Positions 7,534-16,266 of a DNA stretch of 24,107 nt are shown piece by piece. The stretch lies in IMG/VR virus record IMGVR_UViG_3300043295_000234, one strand, 5' to 3'. How positions within the stretch are numbered: the stretch's first letter is position 1; each line of letters opens with the position of its first letter. Source of the stretch: a virus. The position numbers and the translations under genes are program-made. Under the pieces are notes generated by a model that worked only from the letters and a program-made list of their open reading frames with translations, was not told the origin of the DNA and did not search any database.

Positions 7534-8087
7534 GCGCCGCCGCCGTCCCGCCCCCGCTGTCGACGAGCTGCCCCAGCTGCCGACTCTCCGTCTACTTCCT
7601 CGACGAGCCCGAGCTCTCGGCCCACCGCTCCGTCTTCCCGAACGCGGGCGTCGTCCGACGGGTCGGCGTCGACATGGCGGGCTGGCGGCCCCAGCGGGAG
7701 CTCGTCGTCGCGGGGAAGAGGATCCTGCTGCGCCGCGCCGACCTCCTCGCCTTCACCGTGTTCCCCATGCGCTGCGACCGCCCCGCGTGCGGCAAGGTCT
7801 TCGTCGCCTACAACGACGTCACCAACATGGCCAACGTCGTCCACTACGAGACGCACGTCCGGCCCTACCACCCCGAGCGCCCGCCCGTGCTGGCGAACTA
7901 CGGGCTGGTCGCGCACACGCCCGGCGAGTTCGCGAAGGACGTCGCGGGCATCAAGAACCCGCTCATCCGGGACGCCGTGCTCCGTCGGCTGACCGGGGCC
8001 GGGTGGGAGTCGCTCGTCACGCTCGTGCGCGAGGAGATGCCCCCGGCGCCTCCCCCGTTCGTCCCGCGCTCGGCCGCGGAAGAGTAG
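7530..8087 (+). CDS. Zn-finger hypothetical protein (185 aa)
   Basis: GTGA-coupled to the RHH gene; CPSC and CDRPAC..H..H..H motifs. Confidence 0.7.
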   Translation: MSAAAVPPPLSTSCPSCRLSVYFLDEPELSAHRSVFPNAGVVRRVGVDMAGWRPQRELVVAGKRILLRRADLLAFTVFPMRCDRPACGKVFVAYNDVTNMANVVHYETHVRPYHPERPPVLANYGLVAHTPGEFAKDVAGIKNPLIRDAVLRRLTGAGWESLVTLVREEMPPAPPPFVPRSAAEE

Positions 8088-8088
8088 C

Positions 8089-8577
8089 TCAGAACGGCGG
8101 CATCGGGATCGAGGACAGCGGCCCGGCCTCCTCGACCGTCGGGTGGATGTGGCCCGGAGCGCGCGCCGATCGCCGCGGGACCTTGACCTTCTTCTGCTTC
8201 ACCTTGAGGGGGGCGAGGCCCTCGGCCCTCCGGCGGACGTCGTCGGGGAGCATCATCCGGTAGAGCTCCTGCTGCCGGGCCCGCTCGTCCCGGACCTTCT
8301 TGCTCCGGTGCGGGTCGGGGTTCGCCGCGGCGACCAGCTTCTCCTCCTCGCGGATCGGGGCCCAGGTCGGGTTCTGGCCGTGCTCGGCCTTCTCGCCGAA
8401 CGCGCGGGCGGCGCCGGCCGCGAAGGCGGCGCGGGCCTCGAGCTCGGGCGCGGTCATCTGGTCCAGCTCGTGCACCGACGGCTTGACCCGCTGCCAGACG
8501 ACGCCGTTCTCCTTCTGCACGGGCATCAGCCGGATCTTCTGGTGCGTCTCGGGGTCCTCGAGCTCGTAGACCGTCAT
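8089..8577 (-). CDS. Hypothetical protein (162 aa)
   Basis: Normal globular, charged composition; ends 1 nt from the convergent stop at 8087. Confidence 0.75.
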   Translation of the reverse strand: MTVYELEDPETHQKIRLMPVQKENGVVWQRVKPSVHELDQMTAPELEARAAFAAGAARAFGEKAEHGQNPTWAPIREEEKLVAAANPDPHRSKKVRDERARQQELYRMMLPDDVRRRAEGLAPLKVKQKKVKVPRRSARAPGHIHPTVEEAGPLSSIPMPPF

Positions 8578-8606
8578 CGTAAGTAGGAAGAGTATGTGTT
8601 GACGCT

Positions 8607-9059
8607 ATGCCGAAGGTCCCCTACTCTGCCCCGTACGCGGAATGGCCCGAGCGGCGTAAGAAGCTTGCGCGGGCGAGGTCACGCCGATGGGCCAACAAGA
8701 ATAGGGAGCGCGTCCGTGGGTGGGACCGAAAGAACGCGCGGCGAACCTGGCGCGCGACCACGGCGGAGGCGCTGCGAACCTACGGTACGGACCCCCCGAC
8801 GTGCGGCTGCCCCAGGTGTCCCCTCCATAAGGAGGCGGACACGCGGTTCCTGACGCTCTCTCACCCCGATGGGGGTGGAGGCGCCCACCGACGCGCGTTG
8901 ACCGGCAATTCAAAAGGAGGCGGATGGGTCGGCGCGCTCAAGAGGAGGGGCTGGCCCACGGACCCTCGCATCATCGTGGAGTGCTGGAACTGTAACGAGG
9001 GGCGCAAGGTCAATGGGGGTGTGTGCCCCCACCTTACGCCTGACAGCGCCCCTCGGTGA
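8607..9059 (+). CDS. HNH-family endonuclease-like protein (copy 2)
   Basis: Basic N-terminal helix; CGCPRCPLH, LTLSHPDGGG, RGWP, VECWNCNEGRKVNGGVCPHL; clearly alignable to 128..637. Confidence 0.75.
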   Translation: MPKVPYSAPYAEWPERRKKLARARSRRWANKNRERVRGWDRKNARRTWRATTAEALRTYGTDPPTCGCPRCPLHKEADTRFLTLSHPDGGGGAHRRALTGNSKGGGWVGALKRRGWPTDPRIIVECWNCNEGRKVNGGVCPHLTPDSAPR

Positions 9060-11166
9060 TGGCCTTGTCGAGGTCGTTGAGCGCGTCGCGCAGCGACCCG
9101 TTGACCGCCTTCGCCACCGCGGCGAAGTAGTCGCCGGGGCATGTCAGGCTTTCCGCCGTCGCGACGGCCTGGAGGTACTCGACGACCTGGGCCTCGAACA
9201 GCGGGTAGACCCGGAACTTGATGGCCCGGGAGCCGAGCGGCGTGTCGACGAGGAAGTCCGGCCGGTTCGACGTCGCGAAGACGATGTTGTTGCGCGCGAC
9301 CGTCGTCTGGTCGACGTCGGCGCGGCCGGCCTGGAGGACGTCCTTGAGGAACGAGATCGTCGTCGGCGGGATGCGGTCGACGTCCTCGAGGACAAGTACG
9401 TGCTTGACCGACACCCCCTGCGTCGACTCGCCGAACCCGCCCGGCGTACGGATGAAGTTGCGGAGCAGCTCGCGCGTCGCCGAGTCCGCGAGCGCGTCGC
9501 CCGGGACCTCGAGGTACCAGCCGGACTCCGGCCCGCCCCGGGGGTTCACGACGGCGAGCGTCGACCCGGCGGCCTCGAGCTCGGCCTGCTTCTTCCGGAA
9601 GTAGTCGCGGGCGAACGCCCGGACCACCGACGTCTTCCCGAGCCCCCCCTGCTCGCTCCACAGGACCATGAACAGCGGCGGCCGGTCCCTCTCGATCGCT
9701 GCCCGGAGGAACGCCACCGGGTTCTCGTTCTCCGGGGTGCGGCTCGACACCACGACGTCGGCGAGCGTCCTCGGCTCGAACCGCACCGCGAGCGGCACGT
9801 AGACCGCCCCCATCGGGGCGACGGTGCCGAGCGTCCGCTGCGGGGTGTAGGCCCCGGCGACCGGCGCCGTCGGCGCGGGCGCCCACTCGGCCAGGTGCTC
9901 CAGGAGCGGCGCCTGGAACGCCTCCCGGTTGAGGGCCGCCCACGGGACGTTCGTCCGGCGGCGAACGTAGTTCGCGTCGAGCGAGATCCCGAGCCGCAGG
10001 ATGAGGTCGACGCGGGCGTCATCGGAGAGGCCGTTCCAGATGCGCGAGGCCCGCGTGATGGACTCCGCCGTGATGGGCTCCGGGGGCGGCAGCGGGACCG
10101 GCTCCGACTCGATCCCCCGGACGACCTCGCGGTGCGTCCCCTCGGGGCCCGTGTGGATGCGCTCCTCCACGTACTCCCGGGTCAGCGGCGCCGGCGGCGG
10201 GGGCGGAGGAGGCGGAGGGGGAGGTGGCACGGGCCGCAGTGGCGCGGGCGGCGGTGGCTCGTTCTCGATGTGGAGCCCCGTCGGGCCGCCAAAATCGCCG
10301 GGCGGCGGGAAGTGGAAGACCTGCTCCCACCGGGACCGGGCCGCGTCGACGACGTCGGACGGGGGCCGGATCCCCCGGTCCTTCAGCAGCTTCGACCACA
10401 GCCGGTAGTTGGCCTCGAGCTCGCGGCGGCCGAACGTCCGGATGGCGTTGGGCGACGGGAACTGCGGGTTCGTGGGCTCCGGCGCCGCGGGCGGCTTGGC
10501 GAGCTCCTCGCGCTCCTCGGCCGGCGTCGGGGGCGGGGGAGGCACCTCGGGCGCGGGCGGCTCGGGCGTCCCCTGGAGCTCGGGCGGCAGCGGGGGCGCC
10601 GGGTTCTCGCCGATGTTGATCTCCCCGGGCCGGAACTCGATGCGGGGCCGGGGGCCCTCCTCGCGGCGCCCGCGCATCTCCTCCCGGATGATGTCGCGGA
10701 GCTCGTCGGGGTTGAACCCGGTGACGGGGCCGGTGACCTTGCTGCGGAGGTCCGGCGGGATGATGTCCTGGAGCTCGGGCGCGAACGACTCCACGATGGC
10801 GGCGGCGAGCTTGCCCGCGTCGCTGATCTCGATGCCCCGGAGCGCGCCGAACTGCGTCCCGAGGTACTCCTCGAGCGTCTCGCCCTTCTTGGCCCGATAC
10901 TGCATCCGGGCCGTCGCCACCCGGGCCTTCTGGAGCGTGGCGTAGTTCTGGAGGATCTGGGCCGACGTCGCCCGGAGGAACTTCCACAGCCGGTCCGCCG
11001 ACGGGAACTCCATGCGGTGCGTGCGGGTGAGCACGAAGACCTCGCGCAGGAACGCGATGATGGCCCGGCCGTCGACCTCCTTGAGGGCGCCCGAGTCCAC
11101 GACCTCGATCGCGCGGAGGGCGCGGTCGCGCGGCGACAGCCGGTCCGGGTTCGACTCAATCGCCAT
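9034..11166 (-). CDS. Fusion protein: unknown N-terminal region, Pro-rich linker, C-terminal RFC small-subunit-like clamp-loader AAA+ domain
   Basis: RFEPRTLADVV (RFC box II), GGLGKTS (Walker A), VLVLEDVD (Walker B variant), FATSN (sensor 1), LGSRA (SRC-like Arg finger), GSLRDALNDL (sensor 2). Confidence 0.85.
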   Translation of the reverse strand: MAIESNPDRLSPRDRALRAIEVVDSGALKEVDGRAIIAFLREVFVLTRTHRMEFPSADRLWKFLRATSAQILQNYATLQKARVATARMQYRAKKGETLEEYLGTQFGALRGIEISDAGKLAAAIVESFAPELQDIIPPDLRSKVTGPVTGFNPDELRDIIREEMRGRREEGPRPRIEFRPGEINIGENPAPPLPPELQGTPEPPAPEVPPPPPTPAEEREELAKPPAAPEPTNPQFPSPNAIRTFGRRELEANYRLWSKLLKDRGIRPPSDVVDAARSRWEQVFHFPPPGDFGGPTGLHIENEPPPPAPLRPVPPPPPPPPPPPPAPLTREYVEERIHTGPEGTHREVVRGIESEPVPLPPPEPITAESITRASRIWNGLSDDARVDLILRLGISLDANYVRRRTNVPWAALNREAFQAPLLEHLAEWAPAPTAPVAGAYTPQRTLGTVAPMGAVYVPLAVRFEPRTLADVVVSSRTPENENPVAFLRAAIERDRPPLFMVLWSEQGGLGKTSVVRAFARDYFRKKQAELEAAGSTLAVVNPRGGPESGWYLEVPGDALADSATRELLRNFIRTPGGFGESTQGVSVKHVLVLEDVDRIPPTTISFLKDVLQAGRADVDQTTVARNNIVFATSNRPDFLVDTPLGSRAIKFRVYPLFEAQVVEYLQAVATAESLTCPGDYFAAVAKAVNGSLRDALNDLDKAITEGRCQA

Positions 11167-12436
11167 CGGACTCCTCCTCGACCCCCTCGCGGTCCGCCTC
11201 GGTGATCGACTCGGACCGGAAGATGCGCTCGACGACGGCCGGCAGGTTCTCCTCCTTGGTGCCGGTCGCCACGACGACGTAGACGGTCGCCCGCTCCTTC
11301 CCGGGCAGCGTGCGGACCACCCGGCCGACCTCCTGGACCAGCTTGGTCACCCCGGCGCCCCCGCCCATGAGGACCGCGATGCCGACCTCCGGGACGTTAA
11401 CGCCGCGGCGCAGCACGGCGACGGAGGCGAGGACCTGGAACGTCCGGCCCCAGCTATCGAAGATGTCGACCCGGTCCCGGCGCGTCGTCTCCGCGCTGAT
11501 GATGCGGCTCGGCACCCCGCTCATCGTCAGGTAGGCGCAGGCGTCGGCCAGCGGGTCGACCCGAGTGCCGAACACGAGGATGCGCTGGTCCGGGTGCGAG
11601 CGCGCGATCGACAGGAGCTCCTCGGCCCGCGCCGGCACGTTCGCCAGCAGCGTCTCGCGGAGCGAGCTGTACTTGAAGAAGGCGAGGGCGGCCTGCCGGA
11701 TGCTCGCGTCCGGGCTCGAGATGAGCCGCTTGACCCGCAGCGGGTTCCCGGTCCCGAGGACCCGGCGCAGGTTGCGGAGCGTCGCGTCGACGCGGTCGTA
11801 CTCGCGCCGCGCCTCGGGCGTGAGCTTCACGTACCGGGCGACCGTGTGGACCGGGACGAAGACCCCGGCCTGGATCTGCTCGCGCGGGCTGCGCGACAGG
11901 AGGACGGGGAACGACGCGAGCAGCTCGCTCCTCCGCTCCTTCTCCGACGGCAGCGTCGCGGTGAAGACGACGGCGTAGCTGTGCTGGCGGGCCTCGGCGA
12001 GGACCCGCTTCCAGACGTCGCCCGTGGCGAGGTCGCCCTCGTCGAAGATGACGACCGGGAACCCCCGGATCTTCTCGGGGTTCGCGAAGAGCGACTGGTA
12101 CGTCGACACGGTGACGAACCCCGGCCGCTTCTCCTCGCCGTAGTACACGCCACCCCGGATGCCGGCGCTGGCGAGCGCGGGGATCCACACCTGGTCGATG
12201 AGCGCCTTCGTCGGGACCAGGATGAGCGTCGGCTGCCGCAGCCGGATGATGAGCGCGATGGCCGCGAGCGTCTTCCCCGACGCCGTCGGGAGCTCGATCG
12301 TCCCGTAGTGCTTCGCGAGCGCGGCCTCGACCGCCTCGTCCTGGTAGTCGCGGAGCGCGAACGGAAGCCGCCACGCGGCGAAGTCGTCGGTCGGCGGAGG
12401 GATGATGCCGAAACGGTCGAACGGGGACGCCGCCAC
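11156..12436 (-). CDS. Superfamily 2 helicase, XPB/Rad25-like
   Basis: LRDYQ (Q motif), LPTASGKT, IFDEGD, TAT, RRGVNVPE, QEVGRVVR; 426 aa. Confidence 0.9.
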   Translation of the reverse strand: MAASPFDRFGIIPPPTDDFAAWRLPFALRDYQDEAVEAALAKHYGTIELPTASGKTLAAIALIIRLRQPTLILVPTKALIDQVWIPALASAGIRGGVYYGEEKRPGFVTVSTYQSLFANPEKIRGFPVVIFDEGDLATGDVWKRVLAEARQHSYAVVFTATLPSEKERRSELLASFPVLLSRSPREQIQAGVFVPVHTVARYVKLTPEARREYDRVDATLRNLRRVLGTGNPLRVKRLISSPDASIRQAALAFFKYSSLRETLLANVPARAEELLSIARSHPDQRILVFGTRVDPLADACAYLTMSGVPSRIISAETTRRDRVDIFDSWGRTFQVLASVAVLRRGVNVPEVGIAVLMGGGAGVTKLVQEVGRVVRTLPGKERATVYVVVATGTKEENLPAVVERIFRSESITEADREGVEEESDGD

Positions 12437-12439
12437 GGC

Positions 12440-12643
12440 TCACGCCTCCGACATCACGAGCCCCATCTGGGGAACGAGCTCGTCCCGCCCGAGGATCGGG
12501 ATCTCCCGGTCCTCCTGGGCCGCCTTCGCCCGCTGCTGGCTGCCGGACGAGACGAGCTCGTAGAGGCCCAGGCACGCGAGGAGGATACCCGCGATCGACA
12601 CGACGACGCCCAGGCCCAGCTTCATCGTCTCCGCCCCGCTCAT
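12440..12643 (-). CDS. Small membrane protein (67 aa)
   Basis: TM segment LGLGVVVSIAGILLACLGLY; ATGA overlap. Confidence 0.7.
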   Translation of the reverse strand: MSGAETMKLGLGVVVSIAGILLACLGLYELVSSGSQQRAKAAQEDREIPILGRDELVPQMGLVMSEA

Positions 12644-12987
12644 CGGCGGCGCCTCCGGCTCGCGCGCAGCGCCTCGACCAGGGCCGCCTCGACCAGCTGC
12701 TTCGTCGGCTGGCGCATCGGGCCCCGGACCGGGATCATCGCGTTCAGCGCGTCGCCCATCCGGTCCTGAACCAGGTGCGCCGACGCGGCGACGACCCGCT
12801 CGGGCGTCAGCTTCCCGCGCTTCGCGAGCTCGAGCGCGGCGCCGGACAGCGAGTGGATGGAGTCCTCCCGGTGCCGGCCCCCGTGCGCCGACGCCGTGGA
12901 ATCCATGAGCTGCTGAACCTCCCGGCCGGCGACGGGGTCGATCCCCATCATCCGATTCAGCTCGGCGTGGAGCGCCCGGGACGGCAC
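12640..12987 (-). CDS. Hypothetical protein with a His/Asp metal-binding pattern (YdjM-like hydrolase candidate)
   Basis: H..MD..HR...H..HL..D spacing; 115 aa; CCTTAACC about 25-28 nt upstream of the GTG. Confidence 0.6.
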   Translation of the reverse strand: MPSRALHAELNRMMGIDPVAGREVQQLMDSTASAHGGRHREDSIHSLSGAALELAKRGKLTPERVVAASAHLVQDRMGDALNAMIPVRGPMRQPTKQLVEAALVEALRASRRRRR

Positions 12988-13012
12988 GATGGATGTAGGG
13001 TCGCCCGTTCGG

Positions 13013-13576
13013 TTAAGGGTTCGGTTCCGGGCTCGCGAGCCCGGCCGAGGGCGCGGGCCGCATGCACAGGCCGTGGTGGAGCGGGCAGATGCCCCTCGGG
13101 GGCCGGTAGATGGGGGCGTCGTCGATCTCGCCCTTGTCGCGGAGCATGACGAGCATGTGGAACGTCAGCCAGCAGAAGTACTCCCACCCCTGCGGCGTGT
13201 CGAGCAGCGCGGCCTTCTGGGGGTCGGCCGACCGGATGAGCTCGCGGCACATCCGGGGCTGCATCAGGTAGGTGTGGATCGAGGTCCACTGGTTCCGGAT
13301 GACGGCCCGCGCGATGCGCTTGGAGAATCGGTTGTCGAGGTAGCGCCGCCGGACCTCGGACGACAGGTCGTAGCCCGTCGTGATCGCGTACTCGAACTCC
13401 GCCATGCTGAACGACTGCGCGAGGACCCCGAACATCGACTGGATGAGCTCGTCGTTCCCGGGCTTCGTGAACCGGAGCGCGCGCTTGAACCAGCTCTCCT
13501 TCCAGAACTTCGCGGCCTCGGGCGAGGCGTGCGGCGGCACCCGGGTCTTGAGGTTGTCCGCGTCGGTGTCGGCCAC
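13013..13576 (-). CDS. Hypothetical protein (about 187 aa)
   Basis: Aromatic-rich helical globular sequence; start placed at GTG 13576 after the 13587 stop (the track gives 13612). Confidence 0.75.
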   Translation of the reverse strand: MADTDADNLKTRVPPHASPEAAKFWKESWFKRALRFTKPGNDELIQSMFGVLAQSFSMAEFEYAITTGYDLSSEVRRRYLDNRFSKRIARAVIRNQWTSIHTYLMQPRMCRELIRSADPQKAALLDTPQGWEYFCWLTFHMLVMLRDKGEIDDAPIYRPPRGICPLHHGLCMRPAPSAGLASPEPNP

Positions 13577-13586
13577 GGTCGAGGTC

Positions 13587-15116
13587 CTACGGCCGAACCT
13601 CGCCGTTGCCACCCTCGGTCACGGTCCCGTCCTTGTCGATCGTCGCGTCGGGCGGGATCTCCTGCGCTGGCGGAGCCTCCGCCGGGGCCTCCTCCGCGGG
13701 GGCCTCCGGCTCGGGCTCCCCCTCGGGCGGCGCCTCCGGAGCGGCCTCGGGCGGGGCCGGCGGAGGCGCGGCCGGCTCGGTGTGCTTCGTGCCCGGCTTC
13801 GGCGGAGGCGCCAGGGTCGTCCGGCCCGCGACGCGGGAGAAGACCGAGGGACGGGGCGCGGGAGCCTCCGGCGCCGGAGGCGCGGCGGCGGGCGGCGCGG
13901 GGGCCGCCGGAGCGGGCGCCGCGGGGGCGGGCGGCGGGGTGCGCTGCGAGGGGAGGACGCCGACGGCCCGGCGCTCCTGGTAGATCCGGCTCCCGAACCG
14001 GGCGACGAACTGCTCCTTGGTGAGGCTCACGACCTCCTTCGTCGCCTCGTTGCGCCCGGAGTACGGCATGTCGGGCCAGGTAGCGAGGTCGCTCGGGTCG
14101 GCCTCCCATCCCGCGAGCTCGGGATACGGGTCGCGCGTTCCCGACGGCGGCTGCGGCGGGGCGCCCGCCTCGTCCTCGTACTGCGGCTGGTAGACGGCGG
14201 AGCTCCCGGGCGGCCCCGACGGGGTGCGGCCCGGTGGCGGGAGCCCGCGGCGGCCGGCCTCGAGGGCGCCCATGCCCTCGAGCCCCTTGCCGATCTGGTC
14301 GCCGACCAGGTTGATGCTCTCCTTGACCTCGTCGACCCACCACGGCTTCTGGTTCTGGGGCGGGCCCCCGGTGCCGCGGATCGTCTCCCACTTCTTCCCG
14401 ACGGCCTCGAACTGCGTCAGGCCCTCCATCACCGAGTCGAGCTGGCTCCTCGGCGCGCTCGATGTCTGGAGGATCGGCTCGACCCGGGCGCGGAGCGACT
14501 GGAGCGCGGCGGCGTTCTCCTTCATCACGGCGTCGTACTGGGCGTCGCGCTGGGCCATCGCCGCGTCGAACCGGGAGATGAGGGCGCCGTCGCGGGCGTC
14601 CTGCTTCGCCTGGCGGACGGCCTCGGCCTCGGCGAGCTTGCGCTCCTCCTTCTCCTTGAGGAGCTCGGCGACCTGCTGCTGGAGCGCGAGCGTCGCGGGG
14701 TCGGGCGCCGCCGTCCGCGCCGACGGGCCCTCGCCGTCGCCGTCGAGCGTGCGCCCCATCGCGAGGATCTGGTTCGCCCGGACCTTCTGCTTCGCCAGCT
14801 TCACGAGGTCGAACTCGTCCTCGTCGGCCCTCGGACGGTTGCCGCCGTTGCCGAGGAGATCCGGCATCGCGGCGACGAGCGCGAGGTTCGCCTTGCGCTT
14901 GACCGCCTGCTGGATGATGTCGTCGACGGACTGGTCCGGGTCCGCCGCCGGGAGATGCTCGCGGGGCTCCCGCCACGGCTTCGTCGGCGCGGGCCCGCCG
15001 CCACCCAGGAGACGGGTGCGGACGACCTCGTTGACCGAGATGTTCTCCCGGCTGGCGATCTCGTTGACCAGCTTCATCGTCTCGGCGTCAAGGACTGTGG
15101 GCATCGGACTGCTCAT
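13587..15116 (-). CDS. Large protein with an RHH-like N-terminus, coiled coil and Pro/Ala/Glu-rich tail (509 aa)
   Basis: TVLDAETMKLVNEIASRENISVNEVVRTRL; heptad-rich centre; APPAP low-complexity C-terminus; ATGA overlap. Confidence 0.75.
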   Translation of the reverse strand: MSSPMPTVLDAETMKLVNEIASRENISVNEVVRTRLLGGGGPAPTKPWREPREHLPAADPDQSVDDIIQQAVKRKANLALVAAMPDLLGNGGNRPRADEDEFDLVKLAKQKVRANQILAMGRTLDGDGEGPSARTAAPDPATLALQQQVAELLKEKEERKLAEAEAVRQAKQDARDGALISRFDAAMAQRDAQYDAVMKENAAALQSLRARVEPILQTSSAPRSQLDSVMEGLTQFEAVGKKWETIRGTGGPPQNQKPWWVDEVKESINLVGDQIGKGLEGMGALEAGRRGLPPPGRTPSGPPGSSAVYQPQYEDEAGAPPQPPSGTRDPYPELAGWEADPSDLATWPDMPYSGRNEATKEVVSLTKEQFVARFGSRIYQERRAVGVLPSQRTPPPAPAAPAPAAPAPPAAAPPAPEAPAPRPSVFSRVAGRTTLAPPPKPGTKHTEPAAPPPAPPEAAPEAPPEGEPEPEAPAEEAPAEAPPAQEIPPDATIDKDGTVTEGGNGEVRP

Positions 15117-16045
15117 CGGTTGCTTCCCCCTCCCGGGCTCAGGGCGAGTCGGGGAGGATTGGTAACGGCGTCGGAAACGGGAACCCGGGCCTCATCGCGC
15201 CGGACCTGGCGCTCCATGAGCTCGTCCAGGAGGATGACGTCCTCCTCGTTCAGGTGGGCGCCGCTCAGGAGCGCCGCCAGCACGAGCTTGTTGGCGTACT
15301 CCCGAATCTCGCGCCGCCGCTTCACGGGGTCGAGCTCGTCCTCCAGGGCGTCGATCTTGGCGAGGAGGAAACCGATCTCGCGGCTCATCCGGGTGTAGGA
15401 GTCCTGGTTCCTCCACCAGAAGTCGATAGCCTCCTCGACCATCTTGCCGGGACCCTCCGGGAACCGGGCGCGCAGCCCGCTCTCGACGTAGAACTTGGTG
15501 ACGACGACGCCGGCCTGCTCGACCCAGGCCTGCTGTTGGAGGGCCTTCTGGGTCGCCGCCTCGACGTAGGTGTCGGCGAGCTGGTTGCGGGCCGCCTGCT
15601 CGGCGACGTCGGCGGGGGACGTGCCCTCGGGGGCACCGCGCGCCTCCTCGACCACGGCCTTGACGGCCGAGGCGATGGCGAGGGGGAGGGAGCGCATGTC
15701 GGCGCGCAGGGCCTCGATCTCGGGGGACACGGACGCTGGGGGCGCGGCCGACGGTGCCGACGGCGCGCCGGGCACCGCGGATCCCCCCGATGGCGGATTC
15801 GCAGGAGGGGTGCCGTCGCTGCCCGTGGCGGCCGTCGCTCCTGAATCGGGCGTCGTCGATCCCACGGCGGGCGCCGGGCTGGTCCAGCCGGGGATGCCGG
15901 CCTGGGCGAGGAGCTTCTTGACGACCCGCTCGTCGCAATCGGCAGCCTTTGCGTAGGCGGAGATCGACAGGTCCACCCCCGCGTCAAAATGGGCCCGGAG
16001 CGCCTTCTTGACCCGGTCGGTGTGCTCCTGGCTCCAGCGCGCCAC
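15113..16045 (-). CDS. Protein with an N-terminal HTH-like domain, Pro/Ser linker and coiled coil (about 310 aa)
   Basis: LSISAYAKAADCDERVVKKLL fits an HTH; start GTG 16045 or TTG 16057. Confidence 0.7.
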   Translation of the reverse strand: MARWSQEHTDRVKKALRAHFDAGVDLSISAYAKAADCDERVVKKLLAQAGIPGWTSPAPAVGSTTPDSGATAATGSDGTPPANPPSGGSAVPGAPSAPSAAPPASVSPEIEALRADMRSLPLAIASAVKAVVEEARGAPEGTSPADVAEQAARNQLADTYVEAATQKALQQQAWVEQAGVVVTKFYVESGLRARFPEGPGKMVEEAIDFWWRNQDSYTRMSREIGFLLAKIDALEDELDPVKRRREIREYANKLVLAALLSGAHLNEEDVILLDELMERQVRRDEARVPVSDAVTNPPRLALSPGGGSNR

Positions 16046-16053
16046 TGCCGGCC

Positions 16054-16094
16054 GCAAGTGCTGGTCCGCTACTTAGCAAGTGCGCCCGCAAGTG
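16054..16094. repeat. Three direct repeats of GCAAGTG
   Basis: Copies at 16054-16060, 16076-16082 and 16088-16094, directly upstream of the HTH gene. Confidence 0.7.
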
Positions 16095-16266
16095 TCCGAA
16101 CACCAGCTGGTGCTGCTGCGGGCGTACTCCGTCACGTCAGACCGCCGTGGGGGGGAGGATGCCGTCGTGGGGGAACCCTCGACGGACGCTCGGCGCTCGC
16201 CACGTCCCCCCGGCGGGGCGCGACCGGCGCCGAGCGCCGGCGGCCCCCACAGGGGGGCCCGCCCGG

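Noticed and set aside
10190-10230. G-rich run as a G-quadruplex or regulatory repeat
   Set aside because: It is the antisense of the polyproline codons of the RFC-fusion linker.
9013-15398. Long plus-strand ORFs (9013-11205, 11012-12769, 13380-15398; also 21556-23214, 5094-6041)
   Set aside because: Antisense shadows of motif-bearing minus-strand genes; R/G/P-rich translations are typical of stop-poor GC-rich DNA.
16137-16250. 37-codon ORF from GTG 16250 after the orphan motif
   Set aside because: Spacer is 16 nt rather than 18-20, and the R/G/P-rich translation resembles non-coding GC-rich sequence.
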